A stretch of 16,552 nt of DNA from a virus (taxonomy: Duplodnaviria > Heunggongvirae > Uroviricota > Caudoviricetes), in the IMG/VR virus record IMGVR_UViG_2585427768_000007, one strand, 5' to 3'. This document shows positions 1 through 7,336 of this stretch, one piece after another; position 1 is the stretch's first letter, and every line of letters starts with the position of its first letter. The notes beneath the pieces were generated by a model. It did no database searches. It saw only the letters and a program-made list of their open reading frames with translations, and was not told where the DNA came from. The translations under genes and the position numbers were made by a program.

Positions 1-1020
1 CTACTTACTGACCACAAGCGGCAAATCCAGTGTTGGTGTGATTTTGGTTTTACGATCGTAAATCAACACCTGATTTTCTGTTTTGTGTCCACTGAAAATT
101 TGTTTGTCGCGACTGCTGCCTTCGTAATCTGAAATCCCTTTGGCTTTTATGTCATGAAAATTACATCCGAACGGAACGCCTGCTTTTTGCTCGGCTGCGC
201 GTTTAGCCTGATTCCACCAGTTGTTCAGCGTTTTAGCGATGACTTTCCCGCCTTTGGTTGTGCTGATCACATACTCGCATGTGCCGGAAGATACATTTCG
301 GGCTAACTGGATCGCCGTACGTAATCGCGGAGACCATTCCTTGATTTGTTTGGTGCCTGTTTTGTTTTGCTCAATGTAGATCCCTTTATCCATAATATCC
401 TGCCATTTCAGCTCGAGAACATCACCGAGCCTTGCCGCACAAAGATAGGAAATCTCCATTGCAATGCGTAACTGTGGAATTGCTTCCGCGTATATCGCCG
501 CATACTGTTCATCGGTTATGTAAACAGTGCGGGCTTTAAGCGTGAATTTTCTGACGCCTTTGCATGGATTATTTTTCACATACCCACGCTCATATCCCCA
601 TCCGTATACGCGACTCAGGCTTGCCAGCTCATGGTTTGCCTGGGTCTTGCTCTCAAGTCCCCGCTTATCCATGAAAATTCTTACTTGCTCAATTTTTACA
701 TTATCAGCAAGCACTTTACCGAATACCGCCAGCAACGCCCTCTGATGTTGTCGATAATCTTTTTGGGTTCGGGGTGCCAGTTCTGTAAATGCAGGGGAGT
801 CCATAAACATGTGCCATAATTTAGCGACGGTCATTATGTTGTGGAGTTTTGCTTTTTCCAGTTCATAATTTTGCCAGACTTTAGCTACGCTGGTTTCCCG
901 TACTCTTCCGAGCCCTATAGTTCTTGTGCTTCCTTCGGGTTTCCACACGTAACTGTAACCATTCGATCTAACACGCGGTGGTAGTGCATTATCTTTTTTG
1001 TTTTTTCTTGGTCTTCCCAT
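1..1020 (-). CDS. int: Phage tyrosine integrase (lambda Int-like site-specific recombinase)
   Basis: 339-aa ORF with tyrosine-recombinase C-terminal signatures (AARLGDV arginine region, HDIKAKG region, LIYDRK tyrosine region). Stop codon at 1-3, so the att site lies outside the window. Start overlaps the upstream xis ORF by 32 nt, as in lambda. Confidence 0.9.
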   Translation of the reverse strand: MGRPRKNKKDNALPPRVRSNGYSYVWKPEGSTRTIGLGRVRETSVAKVWQNYELEKAKLHNIMTVAKLWHMFMDSPAFTELAPRTQKDYRQHQRALLAVFGKVLADNVKIEQVRIFMDKRGLESKTQANHELASLSRVYGWGYERGYVKNNPCKGVRKFTLKARTVYITDEQYAAIYAEAIPQLRIAMEISYLCAARLGDVLELKWQDIMDKGIYIEQNKTGTKQIKEWSPRLRTAIQLARNVSSGTCEYVISTTKGGKVIAKTLNNWWNQAKRAAEQKAGVPFGCNFHDIKAKGISDYEGSSRDKQIFSGHKTENQVLIYDRKTKITPTLDLPLVVSK

Positions 1021-1240
1021 TGTTCAGCGCCTCAAAATCGGGTTCAGCGGAAACCAGCTCAGCTGCTTTTGGCATCGTTGTCAGTCCGTGTGGAATATCC
1101 CTGCGAAGAACTATTGGTTCGTTTTTAGGACCGATTACAAATGGGATGCCGTGCAGCCTTAACTGGTGTTGCTGTTTTGTGTATCGCTCGTATTTCGTGA
1201 TCTCTTGAATCTCTGCTGGCGATAGAGTTAATTCGTACAT
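989..1240 (-). CDS. xis: Excisionase-like small DNA-binding protein
   Basis: 83-aa basic ORF immediately upstream of int and overlapping its start; lysine-rich C-terminus. Assigned by position and size, not by a recognised motif. Confidence 0.6.
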   Translation of the reverse strand: MYELTLSPAEIQEITKYERYTKQQHQLRLHGIPFVIGPKNEPIVLRRDIPHGLTTMPKAAELVSAEPDFEALNNGKTKKKQKR

Positions 1241-1306
1241 GTGGTCACGTGCCTTACAGCATGACCGCCGCCAATATAATTCAGAGACGGCGATCAGGGT
1301 TGAACA

Positions 1307-1849
1307 TTAAAAATCAACCGGATTCGGGATCAGTTTTTGCCAGATTGCTGAAACGTATTTTGCCTGGTGACGGGCGTCATCCAGTGCATTGTGGCGAACG
1401 CCTTCGAATGGAATAACGGTTCTAGCATCAAAGTCGATTGTTTTTCCCAGCTCAACGATTGTGCGTACATCGCGATCGTTGTGGTAGCGCCACGGGCAGG
1501 GGATTCCCTGTCGTTCGTATGAACGGCGTAAAATTACGTTGTCGAAACTGGTTCCGTTGCCCCAGACCTGAACAAAAAACTCACCAGAGTTTTCGTCGAT
1601 AAATTCCCGTAATTGTAACAGTGCATCATCTAACGGGATTTCATCAGCCAGAATGGCAGACTGCGCTTCGCGCGATTGCTTAAGCCACCACTTAACGGTG
1701 TCCCGATCAATGACACCGCCAGCAGTATCCAGATCGATAGTCTTACTAAATTCCGGTCCCATATCTCCGGTTTGCGGATCGAAAAATATTGCACCTATTG
1801 AGATGATCGGGGCATCAGGATTTTTTCCCATGGTTTCAAGGTCGATCAT
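1307..1849 (-). CDS. DEDDh-type 3'-5' exonuclease (DnaQ/RNase T-like), phage early protein
   Basis: 180-aa ORF with Exo I motif MIDLETMG (D and E), Exo II region VWGNGTSFD and Exo III motif HNALDDARH. Confidence 0.75.
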   Translation of the reverse strand: MIDLETMGKNPDAPIISIGAIFFDPQTGDMGPEFSKTIDLDTAGGVIDRDTVKWWLKQSREAQSAILADEIPLDDALLQLREFIDENSGEFFVQVWGNGTSFDNVILRRSYERQGIPCPWRYHNDRDVRTIVELGKTIDFDARTVIPFEGVRHNALDDARHQAKYVSAIWQKLIPNPVDF

Positions 1850-1856
1850 CAGATGG

Positions 1857-2063
1857 TCACACGTCCTGCTGGTGGATATGATTATGATGACTGTTCACCG
1901 CAATTAAGGGATTTGCCATCTCGCCAGTTTCATCACCGCTATCGCCATGCTGAGCGCCACCAGCGCTCTCCTTACGAGAATGCGCAGCGCCTTCCATTTC
2001 CTCCGAATCTTTTTCAACCAGATACTCTTCATCGAATGTTTCCTGATATGTTGCGTCACCCAT
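1857..2063 (-). CDS. Small acidic hypothetical protein
   Basis: ATG at 2063 overlaps the TGA stop (2056-2058) of the upstream segment (ATGGGTGA), suggesting translational coupling. The longer 72-aa form starting at 2075 is possible. No recognised domain. Confidence 0.4.
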   Translation of the reverse strand: MGDATYQETFDEEYLVEKDSEEMEGAAHSRKESAGGAQHGDSGDETGEMANPLIAVNSHHNHIHQQDV

Positions 2064-2334
2064 AACAGCCCACAATCAGGACAATTGCCGCCGCCAGCCC
2101 GACCGCAAGCAGTGCAGCTTTTTCCACTTCCTGTTGCGCCACTGGCTCTGACTGTTGCACTTCTGGCCCGTTTTGTAACGCATCCGGGCTGTTTTGTTCC
2201 GCTTTCTGGTAGTTCCGTTCCAATTCATGCTGATTCTGGTACACAGAATCGCGAGTCTGGATCCCCTCAACCCACTTCGGATCATTCGGGTCGCTAATTC
2301 CTTCAACAAATTCACCACGTGAGACAGCAAGCAC
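2056..2334 (-). CDS. C-terminal segment of phage early protein, with a hydrophobic helix ([17 protein letters not shown])
   Basis: Typical codon usage only in this frame. It opens at a GTG directly after an in-frame TAA with no Shine-Dalgarno, so it is more likely the tail of the upstream frameshifted gene than an independent gene. Confidence 0.4.
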   Translation of the reverse strand: MLAVSRGEFVEGISDPNDPKWVEGIQTRDSVYQNQHELERNYQKAEQNSPDALQNGPEVQQSEPVAQQEVEKAALLAVGLAAAIVLIVGCYG

Positions 2335-2401
2335 TTATCGGCGTCAGGCTGGCTGATATTGGCTGCCTGCATAATTTTGTTTACTTCGTCAGCGGTAACT
2401 T

Positions 2402-3193
2402 TTACCGGCCCTGGTTGTGCGATCGTGTCAGATGCACCAGTATTTTGTTGTGAACCTGAGTACGTACCGTTTTTACGGGCGAAATATTCCTCTTTCGTGA
2501 TTTCAGTAGCCCCAGCGCCAGTGCCTTATCCAGACCAGAAAGTTTGTTTGCGCGACCGTATTTTTCGCCGTCCTTATCGGTGAAAAGGAAGTAGAACGGT
2601 CCCTCACGCTCTACAGATGGTTCGTCTTCCACTTCGCATTCGGTTTTTTCGTTGTCCGGCATTGCCGTTTCCACTGCATCAGTTTCTGGTACTGGTGACG
2701 GGAGAGTACCAGCTGTGCCCTGATTTGTTCCTTCGTCATCTTCAAACACGCCCTTGGTAGTCAGGTATTCAGTGATGTATTTGTTCAGTGCTACGGGATC
2801 TTTGTGAATGTCGATCGGACGCTCACGGACAAGGCCAAAAATAGTCTGACGGTCGTAGCGAACGGCATCAGGCTGTTTGCGCATTGATGCCGAAATACGC
2901 TTCCAGTCTTCGCGATCGTTGTCGATAACTTCATTTTTTGCCCAGCGATGGATGCTGCCGTCAATGTTTCCGGTATCAATATCGCCAGGCCAGAGAGCGT
3001 AGGCCAGTTCTTCATCCAGCGTTTTCCATGTCTGCTTGTATTCGCGACAAATGGCGGCAGTGACTGGGTTGATTTTTCCTGCTGAGTTTTCAGTGTTCTG
3101 TTGATTGACTCTGGCGCTGGCGAGATCAACAACAGACGTGTATTTTCCAGTCTCCTTGCGCTCACCGTCCCGACGTTTTTTCCAGATACGCAT
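2402..3193 (-). CDS. Middle segment of phage early protein (acidic), in -1 frame relative to the 3765 start
   Basis: 263-aa ORF. Protein-like composition and common codons from 3193 to about 2510; the last ~35 codons use rare codons (cta, cga, agg, ata, cgg) and look like out-of-frame read-through. ATG at 3193 is preceded directly by TGA. Confidence 0.45.
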   Translation of the reverse strand: MRIWKKRRDGERKETGKYTSVVDLASARVNQQNTENSAGKINPVTAAICREYKQTWKTLDEELAYALWPGDIDTGNIDGSIHRWAKNEVIDNDREDWKRISASMRKQPDAVRYDRQTIFGLVRERPIDIHKDPVALNKYITEYLTTKGVFEDDEGTNQGTAGTLPSPVPETDAVETAMPDNEKTECEVEDEPSVEREGPFYFLFTDKDGEKYGRANKLSGLDKALALGLLKSRKRNISPVKTVRTQVHNKILVHLTRSHNQGR

Positions 3194-3765
3194 TCAGCCT
3201 GAATTTCGGGCCATTTGGCACCAGGATTACATTTATGCTTAACCCACCCGATAGCAAACAGCTTAAGCTCCGGATACATAGCGTTAACATCAGGCATTTT
3301 CATCAACGCTTCAACGATATGCCCGTCAAAGGTAGCAACGTCTTCCTGCAACAATTCCTGCGCGCCAATAACCATATCAACGGTGATGTTTTCACATGTA
3401 CCGAACTTAACCAGGACAGCGTTCTGTACTTCAAGGGACAGCTTGTCAAAATTGACGTTCATCGGATCGGATTCAGTCTCAACCGGGACAAAGGAAGCAG
3501 ACTCCTCATCCCAGCGGTTTTCCTGCATATATTCAGCATCCCAGGAATCGAGGGCAGGGCGGGGTATACCGGGTTTATCCTCGCAGACAAGAAATTTATA
3601 AGCGCAGTCCTGAGCAGCCGGATAATGTTCCAGGAATTGCCAGTGAAATTTTGCGCGGGCGCGACGTTCATCACCGGCTTCAATGGCAGTGGCTACAGCG
3701 ACGGCACCTTCTTCCTTTATTGCCTGTTCGTCCGGAATAGCGGCGCAAATAAAGACTTTACTCAT
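2791..3765 (-). CDS. N-terminal segment of phage early protein (first ~197 codons genuine, remainder out of frame)
   Basis: Shine-Dalgarno GAGGT upstream of ATG 3765. Composition is protein-like up to the A6 run at 3176-3181; after that the frame yields S/T/L/R-rich low-quality sequence while the -1 frame becomes protein-like. Confidence 0.5.
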   Translation of the reverse strand: MSKVFICAAIPDEQAIKEEGAVAVATAIEAGDERRARAKFHWQFLEHYPAAQDCAYKFLVCEDKPGIPRPALDSWDAEYMQENRWDEESASFVPVETESDPMNVNFDKLSLEVQNAVLVKFGTCENITVDMVIGAQELLQEDVATFDGHIVEALMKMPDVNAMYPELKLFAIGWVKHKCNPGAKWPEIQAECVSGKNVGTVSARRLENTRLLLISPAPESINRTLKTQQEKSTQSLPPFVANTSRHGKRWMKNWPTLSGLAILIPETLTAASIAGQKMKLSTTIAKTGSVFRHQCANSLMPFATTVRLFLALSVSVRSTFTKIP

Positions 3766-4032
3766 TTTGTTTTACCTCATTACAGATTTAAGGGTGAACA
3801 AATCCCTGCCATTGCTGGCATATAAGAATGAAACCGGATAATATGACGGACGGGTTAGCCAGCCGGGATTTCGTTATTAGCCTCGCGATACTTTATCGAA
3901 CGGGAAACAGTCACCGGGAATTTTCTGTTCGTCCCTACAGAACACACGATGACTTACTGTCAAAAATGACGGCAATAACAACTGGCTCACCCGAAACAAG
4001 AAAAACGGTCAGAACAAGTGCAAATGCTGAAG

Positions 4033-4221
4033 TCACTGCTGTTCTCCGATAATACCAAGTTCAAGAAGGGCAATTCTGGAAAGTATGGAATTATCATTGA
4101 GAAGATAAGGTTCATATTTTCTCATCTTAATGGCATCTTCAGTAAACTCCCGGTTACTGAGCAGAACACCAATATCAAAACAACCTTCAGACGTATTAAC
4201 GTTTGGTAATAACGTTTCCAT
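4033..4221 (-). CDS. dicB: Cell-division inhibitor DicB homolog
   Basis: 62-aa ORF beginning METLLPNVNTSEGCF...FTEDAI, matching my recollection of Qin DicB in length and N-terminal half. GAGGA 7 nt upstream of ATG. Lies directly downstream of DicF as in Qin. Confidence 0.8.
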   Translation of the reverse strand: METLLPNVNTSEGCFDIGVLLSNREFTEDAIKMRKYEPYLLNDNSILSRIALLELGIIGEQQ

Positions 4222-4392
4222 TATCGCGTCCTCAACAATGAATTTTGTGATGCGGTGCCTGGTGCCTCCAGGTGACGTTAACCAGTTAACAATTAACGCC
4301 GGATACAGAGAATCCACCCATAACACTGTTTTTGGTTTTAACTGTTCCGCGTGCGCTCAGCCGCATTCACCACATCACAAAATTCACTTTAA

Positions 4393-4448
4393 AAAGGGCG
4401 GCAGAGCAGTCACGGAGTAAAACTGATACCGCCAAACGTCACCAGAAA
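4393..4448 (-). ncRNA. dicF: DicF small regulatory RNA (ftsZ-targeting sRNA)
   Basis: Minus strand reads TTTCTGGTGACGTTTGGCGGTATCAGTTTTACTCCGTGACTGCTCTGCCGCCCTTTTT, which matches the E. coli DicF sequence as I remember it, including the terminal GC stem and U-tract. Confidence 0.8.
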
Positions 4449-4753
4449 ATTGATAACAGAGGGCGTTGCAGCGGGGTTGTCACTTAAGCGTATGGTCAAC
4501 CTGACAACCCGGTGTCCTCAACGGGGGAAGAAATACCCCCGCCATACTTACCGCCGCGCCATTTCGCGGATTGCCACAACCGGAAGCGCACGATCGAATT
4601 AAATTTAACGACGACCTATACAGAGAGACTAACTTCTCCGGGCGCTTTCGTGTTATGCCCTGACTTTTCAGGGATATATCCTTTTCAGTAAACTGTCAGT
4701 GCCGGATTCTTATCCGTGTCCGGCGCACGCACTCTACCTCACCTGTGAATAAA

Positions 4754-5128
4754 TTAATGATTAATCGATATTTTGTTGTTTGATTCAACTTTCCCATCGG
4801 ATGTGTGATGCTTTAAATCACAGGAATTAATACTGCTTGCTGTAAAATGATTTTCAAGGGGAGCTATTCGAATCCCTTTCTTTTTCATTAACAAGCCAAA
4901 TCCTTTATTAATGATGTCCATTAATTCCAGAAAGTATTTTTCATGTAAATCCTGGTTATCAGAGAGCTGCTTCTCTTCGTACAGCCCGATAAAGGCTCGG
5001 CGTACGTTACCGGATATATTGTCGATGGTTTCTTTTTCTACGGTACTCAGGTCAAGAGTCGCCAGTTGGGAACGAACTATATTCGCTGCCATTTCCTGGA
5101 ATTGCATTGGTAAATCTTTAAATTCCAT
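4754..5128 (-). CDS. Hypothetical protein (AT-rich insert between the ydfC-like gene and dicF)
   Basis: 124-aa ORF with GAGG 8 nt upstream of the ATG. Visibly more AT-rich than flanking phage genes. No recognised motif. Confidence 0.55.
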   Translation of the reverse strand: MEFKDLPMQFQEMAANIVRSQLATLDLSTVEKETIDNISGNVRRAFIGLYEEKQLSDNQDLHEKYFLELMDIINKGFGLLMKKKGIRIAPLENHFTASSINSCDLKHHTSDGKVESNNKISINH

Positions 5129-5150
5129 TATTAGCCTCGTTGGTTAGCTA

Positions 5151-5369
5151 TTAACGCGGGTATGTAATCATTCTGGCAATGCTTAATGCCGCTGCTTTTT
5201 CCAGATTAGTGATATCCTGCTCCAGAGCGGACAGATTTTCAGCCTGCTTAGCCCTGGCTTCATTGGCCCATTTCAGATCCTGCGCTGCATTAATTTTCTG
5301 GTGCATCCACTCATAAAGTTCATCATCGGTATAGTCTGGCGCGATGATGACGGGTTCTCGTTTCTGCAT
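5151..5369 (-). CDS. ydfC: YdfC-like small prophage protein
   Basis: 72-aa ORF with GAGGA Shine-Dalgarno. Same size and position as ydfC in the Qin ydfA-ydfB-ydfC-dicF-dicB operon. Confidence 0.6.
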   Translation of the reverse strand: MQKREPVIIAPDYTDDELYEWMHQKINAAQDLKWANEARAKQAENLSALEQDITNLEKAAALSIARMITYPR

Positions 5370-5398
5370 ACTGATTCCTCGCGGTGCTGTTTCGCTTA

Positions 5399-5527
5399 TC
5401 AGCCGTTAGATTTTGCCGAGCTGGAAAGCGCCTGTTTAAACTCACTGAAGCTGAGAGCTTCTTCGCCTTCGGCAAGGCCTTCGAAGTATTCTTCGTAAGC
5501 CTTTTCCATGATTGTGTCGAAATCCAT
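5399..5527 (-). CDS. ydfB: YdfB-like small acidic protein (42 aa)
   Basis: Not in the supplied ORF track (below its size cut-off). Hand translation gives MDFDTIMEKAYEEYFEGLAEGEEALSFSEFKQALSSSAKSNG. AGGTGA Shine-Dalgarno upstream; packed between the ydfA-like and ydfC-like genes. Confidence 0.5.
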   Translation of the reverse strand: MDFDTIMEKAYEEYFEGLAEGEEALSFSEFKQALSSSAKSNG

Positions 5528-5528
5528 A

Positions 5529-5684
5529 TCACTCACCTGAGTTTCTTTCCAGCCAGCGACGGGCACCATTTTCGGTTTTAAACGTTTTGCTTTTGGTATA
5601 CGTCATCGCGGTGAATGTGCCGTCCTGGTTGGGAAACACGCCGTACACCAGAGATTCATTGTTGCCAAGATCGATAGTATCCAT
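5529..5684 (-). CDS. ydfA: YdfA-like small prophage protein (51 aa)
   Basis: MDTIDLGNNESLVYGVFPNQDGTFTAMTYTKSKTFKTENGARRWLERNSGE. GAGG 7 nt upstream of this internal ATG. The longer 80-aa form starting at 5771 is possible but its N-terminal extension is low-complexity. Confidence 0.55.
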   Translation of the reverse strand: MDTIDLGNNESLVYGVFPNQDGTFTAMTYTKSKTFKTENGARRWLERNSGE

Positions 5685-5890
5685 GCTGACCTCATTTCCC
5701 CTTAACGCCGGGGTAGCGGAACTAAAAAACTGCTGCGCTGTTATATAAAGTGTTCCCGCCGTCATGTTCATACGCCTCGGGCTGGCTACTTAACCCCTGA
5801 CCACTGCCGGGTAACTCGAAGTATTGCCTGGCGTTCTGTGGGGCGGGGGGGGTTGATGAATGAACAATACCACTACTATTTAATTATGTA

Positions 5891-5905
5891 AATAGCAGTG
5901 CTATT
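5891..5905. promoter_or_regulatory. Candidate repressor operator, perfect inverted repeat AATAGCA-G-TGCTATT, upstream of the dicB-like operon
   Basis: 15-bp palindrome between the terminator after the toxin gene and the ydfA-like gene. The same half-site recurs twice in the repressor/cro intergenic region. Confidence 0.5.
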
Positions 5906-5913
5906 ATCGTGGC

Positions 5914-5939
5914 AAGAAAAAAACCACCCGAAGGTGGTT
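5914..5939 (-). terminator. Rho-independent terminator downstream of the toxin gene
   Basis: On the minus strand, stem AACCACC, loop TTCG, stem GGTGGTT, followed by TTTTTTTCTT. Confidence 0.6.
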
Positions 5940-5953
5940 GTTGACAGGAAGGA

Positions 5954-6244
5954 TTAACAGGTTTTGTTTGGATACTGTCTTCGTGAGTGAACTACATTTA
6001 CGATCTCGATGTTAGATGCTGTTACTCGGTAAAGTATTATGTAGTTAGGATGAGTCACTATCTCACGAAGACTTGGAACTCTTTCGCTCGGTGGGTACAG
6101 ATAAGGGTGTTCAGTAAGTGACAAAACTGATGTTTCAATGCGTATTTTTAGTCTACGTGCAGCGGGAGGGTTTTCCTTAGCAATATAGGCTACGATCTGA
6201 CGTAAATCATCACGTGCAGAAGGTAGCCATAAAATGGGCAGCAT
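5954..6244 (-). CDS. Type II toxin, RelE/ParE superfamily (ParE-like)
   Basis: 96-aa ORF with ParE-like conserved layout (W near N-terminus, DL..I..YI, central proline-rich segment, ILYRV, H.RR near C-terminus). Start ATG overlaps the antitoxin stop by 1 nt. Confidence 0.8.
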   Translation of the reverse strand: MLPILWLPSARDDLRQIVAYIAKENPPAARRLKIRIETSVLSLTEHPYLYPPSERVPSLREIVTHPNYIILYRVTASNIEIVNVVHSRRQYPNKTC

Positions 6245-6435
6245 TACTCACTCCTGTTCGTTGCAGCTAATTGAGCAATAAGGTTTTCCATTTCAGCCAT
6301 TACTTCGTCATGTGGAATTGCAGGACGGGGATCTGAGAGGCTTGCTGCCACTTTGGTTCGCAACCATTCGTTATAGCTGTTTTCTTGTTCGACTGTTTCA
6401 AATTCAGAAATTATCGGGGAAAGGGCTGTACTCAT
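6244..6435 (-). CDS. Cognate antitoxin (ParD-like, putative)
   Basis: 63-aa acidic ORF immediately upstream of and coupled to the toxin. Strong Shine-Dalgarno GAGGAGG. Antitoxin-first order is typical of ParDE/RelBE modules. Confidence 0.7.
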   Translation of the reverse strand: MSTALSPIISEFETVEQENSYNEWLRTKVAASLSDPRPAIPHDEVMAEMENLIAQLAATNRSE

Positions 6436-6452
6436 GTTTTTACCTCCTCAGA

Positions 6453-6953
6453 TTAGGCGCGACGACCCTTTTGCGCAGCTAGCCATCGCGCAACGATTTC
6501 TTCAATTGATTCTTTTTTCTCCTTCATTTCCTTAAGCATTTTCTCTTTATCTTCTTTGGGGAAAGCCCTGAACGTCTGGAGCAAATCCCGCTCCATGGGG
6601 TCTATATTAAACGGAAGTTCGTTTTCCGATTGTTCCATATCTGCAGATATAGTGACAACATTGTCCTCCCCAGATTCTTGGGGATACATCCTTACAATTT
6701 GTAACAACTCGGCCATATCTGGTCTGATTGACTCGGGAGGAACTTGCAGCAACCCTGCGAACTTGATAACAGCCTCAAGATTTAAAGGTGTCTGACCATT
6801 TAGATAATGGCTTACAGCTCCCTGTGTCGAAAATCCCAGAATTTCTGCCGCACGCTCTTGGGTTAACCCTAGTTGATTTTTTTTCGCCGTCCAGATTTCT
6901 TTCAGTCTCTGGGCGGCTTGCAGGTCGATCTCTGACAGGGATTTTCTTTTCAT
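6453..6953 (-). CDS. Prophage repressor, XRE-family HTH (CI/DicA functional analog), no S24 peptidase domain evident
   Basis: 166-aa ORF; HTH segment LTQERAAEILGFSTQGAVSHYLNG; charged coiled-coil-like C-terminus; divergent from the Cro-like gene across an operator-rich intergenic region. Confidence 0.8.
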   Translation of the reverse strand: MKRKSLSEIDLQAAQRLKEIWTAKKNQLGLTQERAAEILGFSTQGAVSHYLNGQTPLNLEAVIKFAGLLQVPPESIRPDMAELLQIVRMYPQESGEDNVVTISADMEQSENELPFNIDPMERDLLQTFRAFPKEDKEKMLKEMKEKKESIEEIVARWLAAQKGRRA

Positions 6954-7060
6954 ACCTTCAATTCTAATAAGATTATTAATCTCTTTGAAATAGTGATGCT
7001 ATTTACTTTTAAAAATAACAATGCTATTAGTGATCGTGATGACATCACATGAGGTGAACA
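6954..7060. promoter_or_regulatory. Divergent promoter/operator region between repressor and Cro-like gene
   Basis: Two 15-bp sites with TGCTATT half-sites (6988-7002 AATAGTGATGCTATT; 7013-7027 AATAACAATGCTATT) and a distinct 13-bp palindrome GTGATGACATCAC at 7035-7047, just upstream of the Cro-like RBS GAGGTG. Confidence 0.6.
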
Positions 7061-7336
7061 ATGAATCTTGGAGAATATTTGCATCATTCCGGTATAACTC
7101 AGAAGCATTTTGCTGAAATTGTTGGGGTAACCCAAGGGATGGTAAGCCATGTCATTACCGGACGGGCGAAACTTACGGGGAAAAAAATTTTACGCTGGTG
7201 CGAAGCAACAGGCTGGATAGTAACTCCGCACGAGATTGATGGCAGTACTTATCCCAACCCAACCGACGGCTTACCTGTCGAGTATCAGGCTAACACACAA
7301 CCAGAGGCGGGGGTGATTCATGAAAATCAAGCATGA
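7061..7336 (+). CDS. Cro/YdaS-like HTH regulator
   Basis: 91-aa ORF; HTH segment ITQKHFAEIVGVTQGMVSHVITG; divergent from the repressor; overlaps the next gene by 17 nt. Confidence 0.75.
   Translation: MNLGEYLHHSGITQKHFAEIVGVTQGMVSHVITGRAKLTGKKILRWCEATGWIVTPHEIDGSTYPNPTDGLPVEYQANTQPEAGVIHENQA

Noticed and set aside
1-60. Prophage attachment site (attL/attR core) next to int
   Set aside because: The int stop codon is at positions 1-3, so the att core and any flanking tRNA or host gene lie outside the window. No tRNA-like sequence was seen anywhere in the window.
527-1208. Plus-strand ORFs 527-745, 631-819 and 978-1208 overlapping int and xis
   Set aside because: They lie antisense within well-supported int/xis coding sequence, have low-complexity composition and no RBS; typical shadow ORFs.
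1653-2297. Plus-strand ORFs 1653-1907, 1853-2065 and 1947-2297
   Set aside because: Antisense to the exonuclease and early-gene tract; Pro/Ser/Arg-rich composition typical of out-of-frame reads.
2076-2372. Minus-strand ORF 2076-2372 (98 aa) as an independent gene
   Set aside because: Only its first ~15 codons use common codons; the rest is rich in rare Arg codons (aga, agg, cgg, cga). It is better explained as the middle frame of the frameshifted early gene than as a gene of its own.
3175-3193. Programmed -1 ribosomal frameshift at A AAA AAC producing a fusion protein
   Set aside because: Not fully rejected, but downgraded: the zero frame continues for about 128 codons instead of terminating soon after the slip site, no downstream stimulatory structure was identified, and two further -1 shifts are needed downstream. 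Indels or sequencing errors are more parsimonious.
3215-4420. Plus-strand ORFs 3215-3601, 3235-3825, 3828-4052, 4018-4209, 4130-4420
   Set aside because: Antisense to the minus-strand early gene, DicB and DicF; poor composition. 4130-4420 would overlap the DicF RNA on the opposite strand.
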